Part shown: positions 44,101 through 53,224 of the stretch, piece by piece
Layout of the letters: each line of letters starts with the position of its first letter
Position numbering within the stretch: position 1 is the first letter of the stretch
Assembly: GCA_965199855.1 (NCBI GenBank)
Contig: OZ241326.1
Coordinates: forward strand, 2,528,001-2,592,000
Direction of reading: 5' to 3'
DNA: 64,000 bases
From: a bacterium
GTDB lineage: Bacteria; UBA8248
Position numbers and translations under genes: made by a program
The notes under the pieces: generated by a model
Told to the model about the DNA's origin: nothing
Seen by the model: the letters and a program-made list of their open reading frames with translations, nothing else
The model's database searches: none

Positions 44101-44685
44101 CACGCGCAACAGGTTCGCCTGGGCGAGCTCCAGCTTCCGCAGCGCCTCGCTTCGCCTGCTCTTGTATTTCATGATGCCGGCGGCCTCTTCTATCAGAATC
44201 CGCCTGTCCAGGGGCCGCGCGTTCACGAGGGTCTCGATCTTGCCCTGCTCCACGATGGAGAAGGTGTCGAGGGAGACGCCGGTGTCGAGAAACAGATCGA
44301 CGATGTCCTTCAGCCGGCAGGGGTTGCGGTTGATGAGGTATTCGCTTTCGCCGGAGCGATACAGCCGGCGGGTGACCACCACCTCGTCGAAGTCCCTGAA
44401 GGCGGGCGCGGTCACCGCGCCCCCGAGGTCGGCGATGGTGAGCGAGACCTCGGACATTCCGAGCTGCCTGCGCTCGGCGCTGCCGTTGAAAATCACGTCC
44501 TCCATCTTTTTCGAGCGCATGTTTTTCGGCGCCTGCTCGCCCAGAACCCACCGGACGGCGTCGCACACGTTGCTCTTGCCGCACCCGTTGGGCCCGACGA
44601 CGGCGGTAAGCCCCTCGCCGATTTCAAGGACGGTTCTGTCAACGAAGGACTTGAACCCCTGCATCGCCAGACGCTGGAATCGCAA
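41107..44685 (-). CDS. smc: Chromosome segregation protein SMC
   Basis: GFKSF, VGPNGCGKSN, long coiled coils with a hinge, LSAGEK and ILDEVDA. Confidence 0.96.
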   Translation of the reverse strand: MRFQRLAMQGFKSFVDRTVLEIGEGLTAVVGPNGCGKSNVCDAVRWVLGEQAPKNMRSKKMEDVIFNGSAERRQLGMSEVSLTIADLGGAVTAPAFRDFDEVVVTRRLYRSGESEYLINRNPCRLKDIVDLFLDTGVSLDTFSIVEQGKIETLVNARPLDRRILIEEAAGIMKYKSRRSEALRKLELAQANLLRVADIMREKEGRLRSLRRQARKAAFHREYQTEIADLSRRLAALDYLRLLDELAPAERAHDRAAEEERALLAGISSLEAEREKERILLAECSEALGESRRRSVEAEGGLRRLENRIEMLESRLSELDAEDARRAEEIRALDAETAALESERGGLSSTLEALAAQSGLARREHDVSAAELAAVRESLGELERTLEEARRAQGEERERLSAARQRIASAESRREGLAGSMEKMAAEAAEVGERLESARSGANGARSRAESLAASEGRAKEELERAEAERAGASEALRRHEEEAAGTKESLMEAKSALAVLEDVLGSGAEADAEAFRARGARVLASLSDVVRVEPKFEKAVEAALGDRLRGVVVKTPGDAVDAVRALMSPEAGRGVALPMEVGDPPVAVVPLGEGVLGAAADFVRCGAEYRRLVRSLLGNVVVVEDIDAAQAAWCNGPRGVACVTLGGEMIHANGAAEGGLARGEGFLERSRRCEETRLEARSLEARLLELAPTSRELEERLARAEQGRGRAVQASQRAEVARVEAGGALRQAEERRGELEERLAALESAREGARADQARLEEEARAARDESLRLEEGALEISARIREIERETGVVSRRYSEVEARVTDKKVALTEIDGRAAGGRAEARRLEEGISRNAARKARREEERRESKEKRKDLQESLAASGEEIAALREERAGAEAEEAERHAALRKAQSRDEELGESVREMKSRASGLQAEVSAAAERRTTLRVRREDMVKSAEAEHRVNLEETAEGRREELPRYQETASRLAMLEQRLSRMGAVNPLAAEEYDEINQEYAFLQGQQEDLESSIADLHATIEKLNKTTKARFLAAFEEVGAAFSDIFGRLFQGGEARMYLLDPDDPLETGVDIEVRPPGKRPSNIMLLSAGEKALTALSLLFAVFSVRPSPFCILDEVDATLDDANVGRFREVLAELEDRSQFIIITHNKKTMSCADQLYGVTQREKGVSEIVSVRLNREDESLNGVEEAALEARA

Positions 44686-44774
44686 ATCAAAACCTCGGCG
44701 GGCGAAGGAACTTCACGGTCGCGGGGCGAAAAAAGAAGAAGCGAGGGCGGCGGGAATCAATCACTTGACGGAAG

Positions 44775-44803
44775 AACCTATCACAGATTCTAAGGATTCG
44801 CAA
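44775..44803 (-). promoter_or_regulatory. Putative sigma70 promoter of smc
   Basis: TTGCGA-17 nt-TAGGTT, with TG at the extended -10 position. Confidence 0.5.
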
Positions 44804-44837
44804 AGCGAAAAACACCGCTTGTCCGGAAATCGCGCCG

Positions 44838-45650
44838 TCAGGCTTCGCCGAGCCTGTGAACCGCCTCCCTGGCGGCCGCCTGCTCGGCCGCCTTTTTGGC
44901 CGCTCCCTGCCCGCGCCCCACCACCCTGCGGCCGAGGCGCACCTCGACCTCGAACTCCTTTTCGTGCTCGGGGCCGCTCTCCCGAACCAGACGATAGCCG
45001 GGCGGCTTGTCCCCCTTCTTCTGCGCCAGGCACTGGAGCCTGCTCTTGAAGTCCTGCGAGAGGACGTCCTCCTCGGGCAGGCCCGGCGCCCAGACCCACG
45101 ATTCCGCCCACTGCGCGCAGCGGGCGTAGCCGCCGTCGAGATAGACGGCGCCGACAAGAGCCTCGAACGCCCCCGCCTGGATGGAGACCTTCTTTCGGCC
45201 GCCCGTCTTCTCCTCCCCCCTGCCCAGGCGAAGAAGCCCGTCGAACCCGTGCCGCCTGAAAACGCCCGCCAGGGAGCGGCCGTTCACCCGCTCGGAGCGC
45301 AGGTGGGTGAGGACGCCCTCGTCGGCCGCCGGCAAGCCCTTCCAGAGCCTTTCCGTCACGATGAGCTGGAGAACGGCGTCGCCCAGGAACTCCAGGCGCT
45401 CGTTGTCCGGGACGGCGGGCGAGCTTTCCTGGGAGAAGGAGCGGTGCGTCAGCGCCTGAACGAGAAGCCCCCGGCGCGAAAACGAATAGCCGATGCGGGC
45501 CTCGACCTCATCGAGGGAGACTTCTCCCTCGCCGAAGCCGGAGGGCTCCCCCTTTCCGGCGGCGCCCTTGTCAGGCCGCGCCGGCTTCCGCTCTTCTGAA
45601 GAGGAGCGAGGCGTTGGTTCCCCCGAAGCCGAAGGAGTTCGTGAGGGCAC
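44838..45650 (-). CDS. rnc: Ribonuclease III (start codon uncertain)
   Basis: ALTHRS, NERLEFLGDAVL, FEALVGAVYLDGG and a dsRBD (GPEH...KKAAEQAAA). Confidence 0.92.
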   Translation of the reverse strand: MPSRTPSASGEPTPRSSSEERKPARPDKGAAGKGEPSGFGEGEVSLDEVEARIGYSFSRRGLLVQALTHRSFSQESSPAVPDNERLEFLGDAVLQLIVTERLWKGLPAADEGVLTHLRSERVNGRSLAGVFRRHGFDGLLRLGRGEEKTGGRKKVSIQAGAFEALVGAVYLDGGYARCAQWAESWVWAPGLPEEDVLSQDFKSRLQCLAQKKGDKPPGYRLVRESGPEHEKEFEVEVRLGRRVVGRGQGAAKKAAEQAAAREAVHRLGEA

Positions 45651-46848
45651 AGCCGATGTCCGCTTCCCGGGCCGAATTGGGTACGTAGTCGAGGTCGCAT
45701 TCCGGGTCCGGGGTGTCCAGGTTGATGGTGGGAGGAATGCGCTGGTTCTTCACCGCCAGTATGGTGAACACCGATTCCACGCCTCCCGCCGCCCCCAGAA
45801 GATGCCCGGTCATCGATTTCGTGGAGCTCACGCTGAGCCCGTAGGCGTGATCGCCGAAGGTTCTCTTGATGGCCGTCGTCTCGAGCCTGTCGCCCGCTCC
45901 CGTGGACGTGCCGTGCGCGTTGATGTAGTCCACGTCCCCGGGCGCGAGCCCCGCGTCGTCGATCGCCATCTCCATGCAGCGCGCCGCCCCGTCGCCGCCC
46001 GGATCGGGGGAGGTGATGTGGTGGGCGTCGGAGGTCAGCCCGTAGCCGCCGAGCTCCGCGTAGATGTCCGCGCCGCGCGCCGCGGCGCGGTCGTAGCGCT
46101 CGAGGATGATGACGCCCGCCCCCTCGGCCATCACGAATCCGTCCCTGTCCGCGTCGAAGGGGCGGCTCGCGCGCTCGGGCTCCTCGTTGCGGGTGCTGAG
46201 CGCCCGCATGGCGCAGAACCCCGCCATGGCCAGCTCCGTGACGCAGGACTCGCTGCCGCCGGCCACCATGACGTCGGCCACCCCGCGCTGGATGCACTTC
46301 ATCGCGTCGCCGAGGGCGTGGTTGCCGGAGGCGCACGCCGTCACGGTGCAGGTGTTCGGCCCCTTCAGCCCCCAGCGCATCGAAACCTGGCCGGCGGCCA
46401 GGTTCGCCAGCAGCATGGGGATGAAGAAGGGGGTGATGCGTATGGGGCCCCGCTTCTGCATGACGTCCATGTTCGCCTCGATGGCGGGCAGGCCGCCCAG
46501 CCCCACGCCGATGATGGTGCCGAACCTCGGCGCCTCCTCCTTCTCCGGCGCCGCCAGCCCCGCGTCGTCGAAGGCCATCTGCGAGGCCGCGAGGACGTAC
46601 TGGATGAACAGATCCATCTTCTTGAGTTCTTTGCGGCTGATGTAGTTCTCGGGCTCGAAGCCCTTCACCTCGCCGACGATCTTGGACGGCAGGCGCTCCG
46701 GGGAGAAGCGCGATATCCCGCCGATGCCCGAGCGGCCCCGCATCAGGGCCTCCCAGTTCTCCTCCACCGACAGGCCCAGCGGCGTAATCAGCCCCAGCCC
46801 CGTAACGGCGACGCGGACGTCCGACCTCACCAAATCCCGGCTATCCAT
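45571..46848 (-). CDS. fabF: 3-oxoacyl-ACP synthase II
   Basis: TACASG, YINAHGTST, KSMTGHLLGAAG and NSFGFGGTN. Confidence 0.96.
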   Translation of the reverse strand: MDSRDLVRSDVRVAVTGLGLITPLGLSVEENWEALMRGRSGIGGISRFSPERLPSKIVGEVKGFEPENYISRKELKKMDLFIQYVLAASQMAFDDAGLAAPEKEEAPRFGTIIGVGLGGLPAIEANMDVMQKRGPIRITPFFIPMLLANLAAGQVSMRWGLKGPNTCTVTACASGNHALGDAMKCIQRGVADVMVAGGSESCVTELAMAGFCAMRALSTRNEEPERASRPFDADRDGFVMAEGAGVIILERYDRAAARGADIYAELGGYGLTSDAHHITSPDPGGDGAARCMEMAIDDAGLAPGDVDYINAHGTSTGAGDRLETTAIKRTFGDHAYGLSVSSTKSMTGHLLGAAGGVESVFTILAVKNQRIPPTINLDTPDPECDLDYVPNSAREADIGCALTNSFGFGGTNASLLFRRAEAGAA

Positions 46849-46883
46849 GCCTTCTCTTCATTCCGCCGCCCGACGAGGCTTCC

Positions 46884-47126
46884 TCAGTCTCCGGACACCT
46901 TGGCGATGTAGTCATACGCATCCTGAACCTTGGATATCTTCTCCGCTTCCTCGTCGGGTATCTCGAGGCCGAATTTCTCCTCGAAAGCCATGACGAGCTC
47001 CACGGTATCGAGCGAATCCGCTCCGAGATCATCGGTGAACGAAGCCTCCGGCACCACCTTTTCAGGATCCACGCTCAGCTGCTCGACGATGATCTCCCTG
47101 ATTTGCTCTTCGATGTTTTCCGTCAC
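46884..47126 (-). CDS. acpP: Acyl carrier protein
   Basis: [18 protein letters not shown], with an upstream GGAGG SD. Confidence 0.97.
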   Translation of the reverse strand: MTENIEEQIREIIVEQLSVDPEKVVPEASFTDDLGADSLDTVELVMAFEEKFGLEIPDEEAEKISKVQDAYDYIAKVSGD

Positions 47127-47308
47127 GCCGATTCCTCCGATTCAGAAATCTCTTTCCCATGCCTGCATTGGGCCGTCCGCGCGTCAGGGAAGCGGGGCAA
47201 TCCTCTTTTCGCGCCATCCGGGCGTTCGCTCCGCGGCCGGCCCCGCGCCGCCTCCCGTCGTCCTCCATCGTCGTCAAGCCCCGGCCGCATCATACACGGG
47301 CGGGAGGC

Positions 47309-48247
47309 TCATGCGAACCCGTCCAGGGCGGAGGCCGTCTTCTCCAGGCTGTCCGCGTCCTCCACGCCGTGCGTCGGGAGGTCCCGCAAAATCCGCCTGT
47401 TCAATCCCGAGAGCACCCTGCCGGGGCCCAGCTCGACCGCCGCGTCCGGCTTCTCCCCTCCCGCCGCGCGCACGGAATCCTCCCAGCGGACGGCGGAGCG
47501 AATCTGCCGCTTGAGCAGCTCCTTCACGCGGGCGGCCTCGCGCACGGGCTCGGCGGTCGCGTTCGCATAGACGGGAATCGAAGGGTCGGCGACGTCCGCC
47601 TCGTCGAGAACCCCGCTCATGCGCTCCGCCGCCTCGCTCAGGAGGGAGCAGTGAAAAGGCGCCCCCACCGGAAGCATGACGACCTTGCGCGCGCCCCTCT
47701 CCTTCGCCAGGCGCGCGGCGGACTCCACCGCGCCCTTCTCTCCCGATAGCACATACTGGCCGGGCGCGTTGTAATTTGCAACCTCCACCACGCCCTCCGC
47801 CTCCCCGCAAAGGGCTTCGGCGGCCTCCCGCTCCACCCCGAGCAGGGCCGCCATGGCGCCTCCCCCCATGGGGACGGCCTCGTGCATGAAGCGGCCCCGC
47901 TTCTTCACGAGTTCGACGGCGGTCGGGAAGTCAATCGCCCCGGCCGCCAGAAGGGCGGAATACTCCCCCAGGCTGTGCCCCAGGGCGAGGGCGGGGCGGA
48001 AGCCGCGCTCCCGGAGCAGGGCGCAGGCGACGTAGCTGTGCACCAGAATGGCGGGCTGGGTGTGGCAGGTGAGGGTCAGCTCCGAGCGGGGGCCCTCGAA
48101 GCTGAGCCTGGCGAGGTCCCACCCCAGAATGTCGCTCGCCTGCTCGTAGGCTTCCCGCGCGAGCGGAAACTCGTCGTGGAGCTGCTTTCCCATGCCGACA
48201 TACTGCGAGCCCTGGCCCGGGAACAAAAACGCGATTTTCGCGCCCAT
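47309..48247 (-). CDS. fabD: Malonyl-CoA:ACP transacylase
   Basis: FPGQGSQ, GHSLGEY and APFH. Confidence 0.96.
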   Translation of the reverse strand: MGAKIAFLFPGQGSQYVGMGKQLHDEFPLAREAYEQASDILGWDLARLSFEGPRSELTLTCHTQPAILVHSYVACALLRERGFRPALALGHSLGEYSALLAAGAIDFPTAVELVKKRGRFMHEAVPMGGGAMAALLGVEREAAEALCGEAEGVVEVANYNAPGQYVLSGEKGAVESAARLAKERGARKVVMLPVGAPFHCSLLSEAAERMSGVLDEADVADPSIPVYANATAEPVREAARVKELLKRQIRSAVRWEDSVRAAGGEKPDAAVELGPGRVLSGLNRRILRDLPTHGVEDADSLEKTASALDGFA

Positions 48248-48357
48248 CTTGCGATCCTTGCCTGCGGCGTGAGCGGCGGAGCCCTAATGGTCCATCAGGC
48301 TCGCGGATAGAGCCGGGACGGGCGCGAGGCGGATTCTCGTCGGGGGTTCATGCCGCG

Positions 48358-49347
48358 TCAATTCCATTCGACCAGCGCCGCGCCCCAGGTGAGGCCCCCG
48401 CCGAAGGCGGCCATGAGCACGTTGTCTCCGCTCCGGATTTTCCCCTCGCGCACCGATTCGTCCAGCGCGACCGGGATGGTGGCCGCAGACATGTTCCCGT
48501 ATTTGCCGATCGTGACGACCACCTTGTCCATCGACAGCTTGAGCCGCTTCGCCACCGCCTCGATGATGCGCAGATTCGCCTGATGCGGAATGAACACGTC
48601 CACGTCGTCCAGGGTGAGGCCGCCCCGCTCCAGGGTTTCGACGCACACGTCCGAGAAGCGGCGGACGGCCGTCTTGAACGTCTCCTGCCCCCGCATCTGA
48701 AGCAGGTGCTCCTTGTTCTGCACGTCGCCCGGCGTCATGGGAGCGAAGCGCGAGCCGCCGCCGGGAACCAGAATGAGCTCGCCCTCCTTCCCGTCGCTGT
48801 GAATCCTGGAGTCCATGACGCCCCTGCGCCCGTTCTCCGACGCTCCCAGCACGACGGCGCCCGCCCCGTCGCCCCACAGGACGCAGGTGCCCCTGTCCGC
48901 CCAGTCGACGACCCGCGTCATGACGTCGGCGGAAACCAGAAGCACCTTGCCCATGACGCCCGCGCGAATGTAGGCGTCCGCCGCCTGAAGGCCATAGACG
49001 AAGCCCGAGCAGGCCGCGTTCAGATCGAAGGCGGCCGCCCTCGTCGCGCCGATGTGGGACTGGAGCCAGCAGGCGGCGGCGGGGCACATCGTATCCGGCG
49101 TGATGGTGGTGACGATGATGAGGTCGATGTCCTCGGCGTCCACGCCGGCCGTCTCCAGCGCCTGGTTGGAGGCGTGAATCGAGAGGTGGGAGGTCGCCTC
49201 GTCGGGCTTCGCCACGCGCCGCTCGCTGATTCCCGTTCGCTCGAGAATCCACTCGTCGCTCGTATCGACCATCTTTTCCAGATCGGCGTTCGAGAGGATT
49301 CTCTCGGGGACATACGAGCCTGTCCCCAGGATGACGGAATGGGGCAC
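48358..49347 (-). CDS. fabH: 3-oxoacyl-ACP synthase III
   Basis: AACSGF, IPHQANLRI, YGNMSAA and FGGGLTWG. Confidence 0.96.
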   Translation of the reverse strand: MPHSVILGTGSYVPERILSNADLEKMVDTSDEWILERTGISERRVAKPDEATSHLSIHASNQALETAGVDAEDIDLIIVTTITPDTMCPAAACWLQSHIGATRAAAFDLNAACSGFVYGLQAADAYIRAGVMGKVLLVSADVMTRVVDWADRGTCVLWGDGAGAVVLGASENGRRGVMDSRIHSDGKEGELILVPGGGSRFAPMTPGDVQNKEHLLQMRGQETFKTAVRRFSDVCVETLERGGLTLDDVDVFIPHQANLRIIEAVAKRLKLSMDKVVVTIGKYGNMSAATIPVALDESVREGKIRSGDNVLMAAFGGGLTWGAALVEWN

Positions 49348-49413
49348 GTTGGGATTCCCTATTCGGACGAGAGGACTGCAGGGCGTGATGGTATGCGAAA
49401 AGCGGCCCGGATA

Positions 49414-50511
49414 TCAAGAGGGCTCTTTTTTTTCTTCCTCCCCCGACGCGCCCTCGCTGAAGATGCCGGTTCGTATCTGGTTCCACAGCCGCCAGCCGGC
49501 GTCGCCGCTGCGCTGTATGGAAGCGTGCCTGTCGATCTCCTTCTGCATCTTGGCGTTCAGGTCGGCCTTGACGAGACTCGCCGTCGTGCGGATGGCGTTC
49601 TTCACCGCCTTCGCGCTGCTGCGTCCGTGCCCGATGGCGCAGATTCCGCCCAGGCCCAGCAGCGGCGCCGCCCCGTATTCGGAATAATCGGTTCGCTGGC
49701 GCATGGACTTCAGGCCGTTCTGCAGGAACATGTAGCCGATCTTGCTGCGCACCGAATGGACGATTTCCTCCCGGAGCAGCGTCGTCAGCATCTCGCTGAG
49801 GCTCTCGCTCACCTTCAGGGCCACGTTGCCCGCGAATCCATCGCACACGATTACGTCCGTGCCGCCCTGGAAGATGGTGCTCCCCTCCACGTTGCCCACG
49901 AAGTTCAGGTCGCTTTTGGCGAAAATCTCGTGGACGGCCTTGAGCACCCCCGTCCCCTTGGAATCCTCGCCGCCCACGTTCAGCAGCCCCACGGTGGGGG
50001 CGGGCTTCCTGAACACCTCCTCGGTATAGACGGAGCCCATGACGCCGAACTGAAACAGGTGCTGCGGCCGCGGGGTGAGGTTCGCCCCCACGTCGAGCAT
50101 GACGGAAAATCCCTTCAGGGTGGGAATCAGGGCGGCGATGGCCGGGCGATGCACCCCGCGCATCCGCTTCAGAACGCTCAGCCCCGCGGCGAACGCGCCT
50201 CCGGTGTCGCCCGCGCTGAACACCCCCTGCGCCTCGCCTTCGCGGACCAGCTCCAGGGCGACGCGCATGGAGGAGTCCGGCTTCGCCTTCACCGACTTCG
50301 TGGGCGATTCGCCCATCTCGATGACCTGGCTCGCGGCGCGAATCTCGAAGCGGCTCTCGCTCGCGCCCAGGCGGGCGAGCTCCGCGCTGATTCGCTCCGG
50401 CGCGCCCACCAGGACGGACTCGATGCCCTCCTCCCGGTGAGCGTCCACCGCCCCTTCGATGACCGCCGAAGGCGCGTGGTCTCCCCCCATGGCGTCTATC
50501 GCTATTTTCAC
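49414..50511 (-). CDS. plsX: Phosphate acyltransferase PlsX
   Basis: IAIDAMGGDHAP, LDVGAN, CDGFAGNVALK and GHGRS. Confidence 0.96.
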   Translation of the reverse strand: MKIAIDAMGGDHAPSAVIEGAVDAHREEGIESVLVGAPERISAELARLGASESRFEIRAASQVIEMGESPTKSVKAKPDSSMRVALELVREGEAQGVFSAGDTGGAFAAGLSVLKRMRGVHRPAIAALIPTLKGFSVMLDVGANLTPRPQHLFQFGVMGSVYTEEVFRKPAPTVGLLNVGGEDSKGTGVLKAVHEIFAKSDLNFVGNVEGSTIFQGGTDVIVCDGFAGNVALKVSESLSEMLTTLLREEIVHSVRSKIGYMFLQNGLKSMRQRTDYSEYGAAPLLGLGGICAIGHGRSSAKAVKNAIRTTASLVKADLNAKMQKEIDRHASIQRSGDAGWRLWNQIRTGIFSEGASGEEEKKEPS

Positions 50512-50532
50512 GGCTTCGCTCCGGCGGCGGAG

Positions 50533-50712
50533 CTATTCCTTGACTTCCAGGACTTTCCGTCCCTTGTAGTACCCGCAGACGAGGCATACCCGGTGGGGCA
50601 GCGTCGGATTGCCGCAGTTCGGGCAAACGGCGATCGACGGCTTCGCCGCCTTGTAGTGCGTTCTTCTCTTGCGGCCCCGCGTCTGCGAGTGCCTGCGCTT
50701 GGGAAGTCCCAC
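50533..50712 (-). CDS. rpmF: 50S ribosomal protein L32 (59 aa, zinc-ribbon type)
   Basis: Not in the ORF track. Manual translation gives MGLPKRRHSQTRGRKRRTHYKAAKPSIAVCPNCGNPTLPHRVCLVCGYYKGRKVLEVKE. Canonical yceD-rpmF-plsX order. Confidence 0.96.
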   Translation of the reverse strand: MGLPKRRHSQTRGRKRRTHYKAAKPSIAVCPNCGNPTLPHRVCLVCGYYKGRKVLEVKE

Positions 50713-50860
50713 GGTCTCCGCGCTCCCTTCAAAACGATGCGTTCAAAGCGGTCGTTCCCGCTTCACGGCCCCTGAGTCCCGCTCCCGGGAAAGAATCGCC
50801 ATATCCTACCACATATCAGGCGTTCCGGGCCCGTCATTTCCCGGAAGTCCCGCGAACCCC

Positions 50861-51397
50861 TCACGCGGAAGCCTTCGGCTCCCAGCCTCCGAGCGCGCCC
50901 CACCTCGGGTCCGGCTCCGCTTCCGCGCCGACGGATTCCCCCGCCTCGAGCCTGCGGCACGTCCCGGGCGCCTCTCCCAGGCATTTTTCAGGGCATCTCG
51001 GCTGGATGGGAATCGCCAGACCGATTTGGTCCCGGACGGGCGCGGCGAGATTCGCCGCTCCGTTCTCGACGTATGCGACCTCGATATCCTCTTCCTTCAG
51101 TTCTATCTCGCCGCCCGCGTCGAGACCCCGCGGCGCCCGGGAAAAATAGACGGCCAGAGGCTCATCGAACGGATGGGGAAACTCCGCCAGCCCGAGCGAG
51201 CATTCCAGCAGAAGCCGGCCGCTCACGCGGCCCCGGAAGGCCGCCTCGTCGGCGCCGGCTTTCTCCAGCCTGCCGACGAGCCTGAGGCGCGAATCGCTGA
51301 ACCAGGCCTCCCCCAGATCATCCGCTTCCAAATCCAGGCTTACGTCGATTCCGCCATCCGGAATCCGGGAGAGAGGAAACTGAAGGGTCTTCCCCAT
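50861..51397 (-). CDS. yceD: YceD/DUF177 family protein
   Basis: LAAPVRDQIGLAIPIQPRCPEKCLG and DPRWGAL. Lies upstream of rpmF. Confidence 0.85.
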   Translation of the reverse strand: MGKTLQFPLSRIPDGGIDVSLDLEADDLGEAWFSDSRLRLVGRLEKAGADEAAFRGRVSGRLLLECSLGLAEFPHPFDEPLAVYFSRAPRGLDAGGEIELKEEDIEVAYVENGAANLAAPVRDQIGLAIPIQPRCPEKCLGEAPGTCRRLEAGESVGAEAEPDPRWGALGGWEPKASA

Positions 51398-51462
51398 GCC
51401 GCTTCTCCAGGGACGGCGCGCCGGCGGATGAGCGCGCGCGCCGACCCGCATCGCCCGGGTGA

Positions 51463-51491
51463 AATATAAGGAGGCGGGAAGGGCCTGTCAA
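51463..51491 (-). promoter_or_regulatory. Sigma70 promoter of the yceD-rpmF-plsX-fab operon
   Basis: TTGACA-17 nt-TATATT. Confidence 0.75.
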
Positions 51492-51537
51492 ACAACGAAG
51501 CGCGGGGACGGATTCGGGGGGGCGCACTTCGCCGACC

Positions 51538-52494
51538 TCACGGGGGCGGCGAAATCCCCCTCAGCAACTCCAGAAGCCTCCCCTCCCGGACGCCGCCGGT
51601 GGACACGTCGAACGCGCCCTTGCCTCCCCATCGCAGCAGGGCGCGCACGACGATCAGGCCGGCGAGCGCCACGTCCTCGCGCCCCGGCTCGAAGCCCGGA
51701 AGCCCGCGCCTTTCCTCGCGGGACATTCCGGCGAACCGACCGATCCACTCATCGAGAAGCGGGGCGGACAGCGAGAGGCCGTTCACGCCGCCCGGCGGCG
51801 CGCCTTCGGTCAGAAACCACGCCAGCGCCACCACGCCCCCGCACCCGATGAAGGGGAGCCCAGCCGGCTCCATATCGCCGAAATCCGCCTCCGCCAGCAT
51901 CGCGTCCACCGCCTCCGCGCAAGCCAGAACCTCCTCCTCCGCCGTGGGCATTCCCTTCAGGAAGCGCTCCGTCAGATACACCACGCCGGCGGGCAGGCTC
52001 GCCATCTTCCGCACCTCGCCGCCCTCGGCGCGTATCAGCTCGAGGCTTCCCCCGCCGACGTCGAACACCAGGGCGCGCCCGGGCGCGGCGTCCCGGCCGG
52101 CGAGGACGCCCGCCAGCGCGAGCCGCGCCTCCTCTTCCGCCGGAATGACGCGAAGCGCCACGCCCAGCCGCGCGGCGCGCTCGATGAACGCCTCCGCGTT
52201 CCGCGCCTCGCGCAGCGCGCTCGTCGCCACGCCGTCCACGACGCCGACGCGATGCGCCCGAATGACCTCCGAGAAGCGCGCGAGGCAGGCGAGCCCCCTT
52301 TCCATGGCGCGCCCGGAGAGCAGGCCCGTTTCGTGGACGCCCTCGCCCAGGCGTATCAGCTCGCGCCAGCGGCCGCGCGATTCCAGCCGCCCCGCCCCAT
52401 CGAGCGCGGCGATCGCCAGGCGCGCCGCGTTCGCGCCCAGGTCCACCACCGCGGCGAGCGGGGCCGACGCGGCGGCGCGGGACTCCTCAGGCAT
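51538..52494 (-). CDS. Ppx/GppA-family phosphatase (short form)
   Basis: DLGANA, RLGEG, ATSALREARN, EEEARL, DVGGGSLE and GVREG. Confidence 0.88.
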   Translation of the reverse strand: MPEESRAAASAPLAAVVDLGANAARLAIAALDGAGRLESRGRWRELIRLGEGVHETGLLSGRAMERGLACLARFSEVIRAHRVGVVDGVATSALREARNAEAFIERAARLGVALRVIPAEEEARLALAGVLAGRDAAPGRALVFDVGGGSLELIRAEGGEVRKMASLPAGVVYLTERFLKGMPTAEEEVLACAEAVDAMLAEADFGDMEPAGLPFIGCGGVVALAWFLTEGAPPGGVNGLSLSAPLLDEWIGRFAGMSREERRGLPGFEPGREDVALAGLIVVRALLRWGGKGAFDVSTGGVREGRLLELLRGISPPP

Positions 52495-52518
52495 GGAAAA
52501 GCGGGACCTGCGGCGGGT

Positions 52519-53028
52519 TCATGAATTCCTGAAGCGTTCCTTGTTGTTCACGTAGGAGACGGCGGTGTTCCTGAAGCGCTCTCTTTCCTCGTCGTCCAGG
52601 TCGCGGACGTATCTCGCGGGCGCGCCCAGCCAGAGGGTTCCCGGCTCGATCACCCTGTTCTCGGGCACGACCGCGCCCGCGCCGACGACGGCGCCCTCGC
52701 CCACCCTGACGTTGTTCAGCACGATGGCGCCCATGGCGATGAGCGCGCCGTCCTCCACCCGGCAGCCGTGCACGACGGCCATGTGGCCCACCGAAACGTC
52801 ATCGCCCAGCGCGCAGTCGTATTTCCCGCCCTCGATGTGCAGGACGGAGCCGTCCTGTATGTTCGCGCGCCTGCCCACGCGAATGGGCATGTTGTCGCCG
52901 CGCAGGACGCAGTTGTACCAGACGCTGCTGTGCTCGCCGATCTCCACGTCGCCGATGACGACGGCGGTTTCCGCCAGCCAGGCGGTTTCATGGACTCTGG
53001 GCATGGTTCCCTCGAAGGGAATCAGCAT
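52519..53028 (-). CDS. Gamma-class carbonic anhydrase family (YrdA/PaaY-like)
   Basis: IGDV, SVWYNCVLRGD, NIQDGSVLH and VGHMAVVHGC. Start refined to ATG at 53028. Confidence 0.92.
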   Translation of the reverse strand: MLIPFEGTMPRVHETAWLAETAVVIGDVEIGEHSSVWYNCVLRGDNMPIRVGRRANIQDGSVLHIEGGKYDCALGDDVSVGHMAVVHGCRVEDGALIAMGAIVLNNVRVGEGAVVGAGAVVPENRVIEPGTLWLGAPARYVRDLDDEERERFRNTAVSYVNNKERFRNS

Positions 53029-53224
53029 GACGCCTCTCCCTGTTCGCTTTCGGGTCAAAAGCGCGATTCCCGGCCGCGGCGACGGACGGCCCTTCGCCGC
53101 CGCGGGGGAAGCCCGAGAGTCCTTCAAGGGGGGCGGGTTGTCAAACGTCGTTCGTCTCCGGGGCGTCTTCGCCCGAAATCCGGCGCCCGTTCCGGCTTCC
53201 GATCCCGTGCGGGGCCGCGTCCGG

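Noticed and set aside
41032-44793. 1253-aa plus-strand ORF
   Set aside because: Antisense shadow of smc; high-GC codon bias keeps antisense frames open. No motifs.
50508-50732. 74-aa ORF between yceD and plsX
   Set aside because: Wrong frame; the real gene is the 59-aa rpmF at 50533-50712.
48284-50775. 780-aa and 730-aa ORFs over fabH/plsX
   Set aside because: Alternative-frame and antisense artefacts over clearly identified genes.
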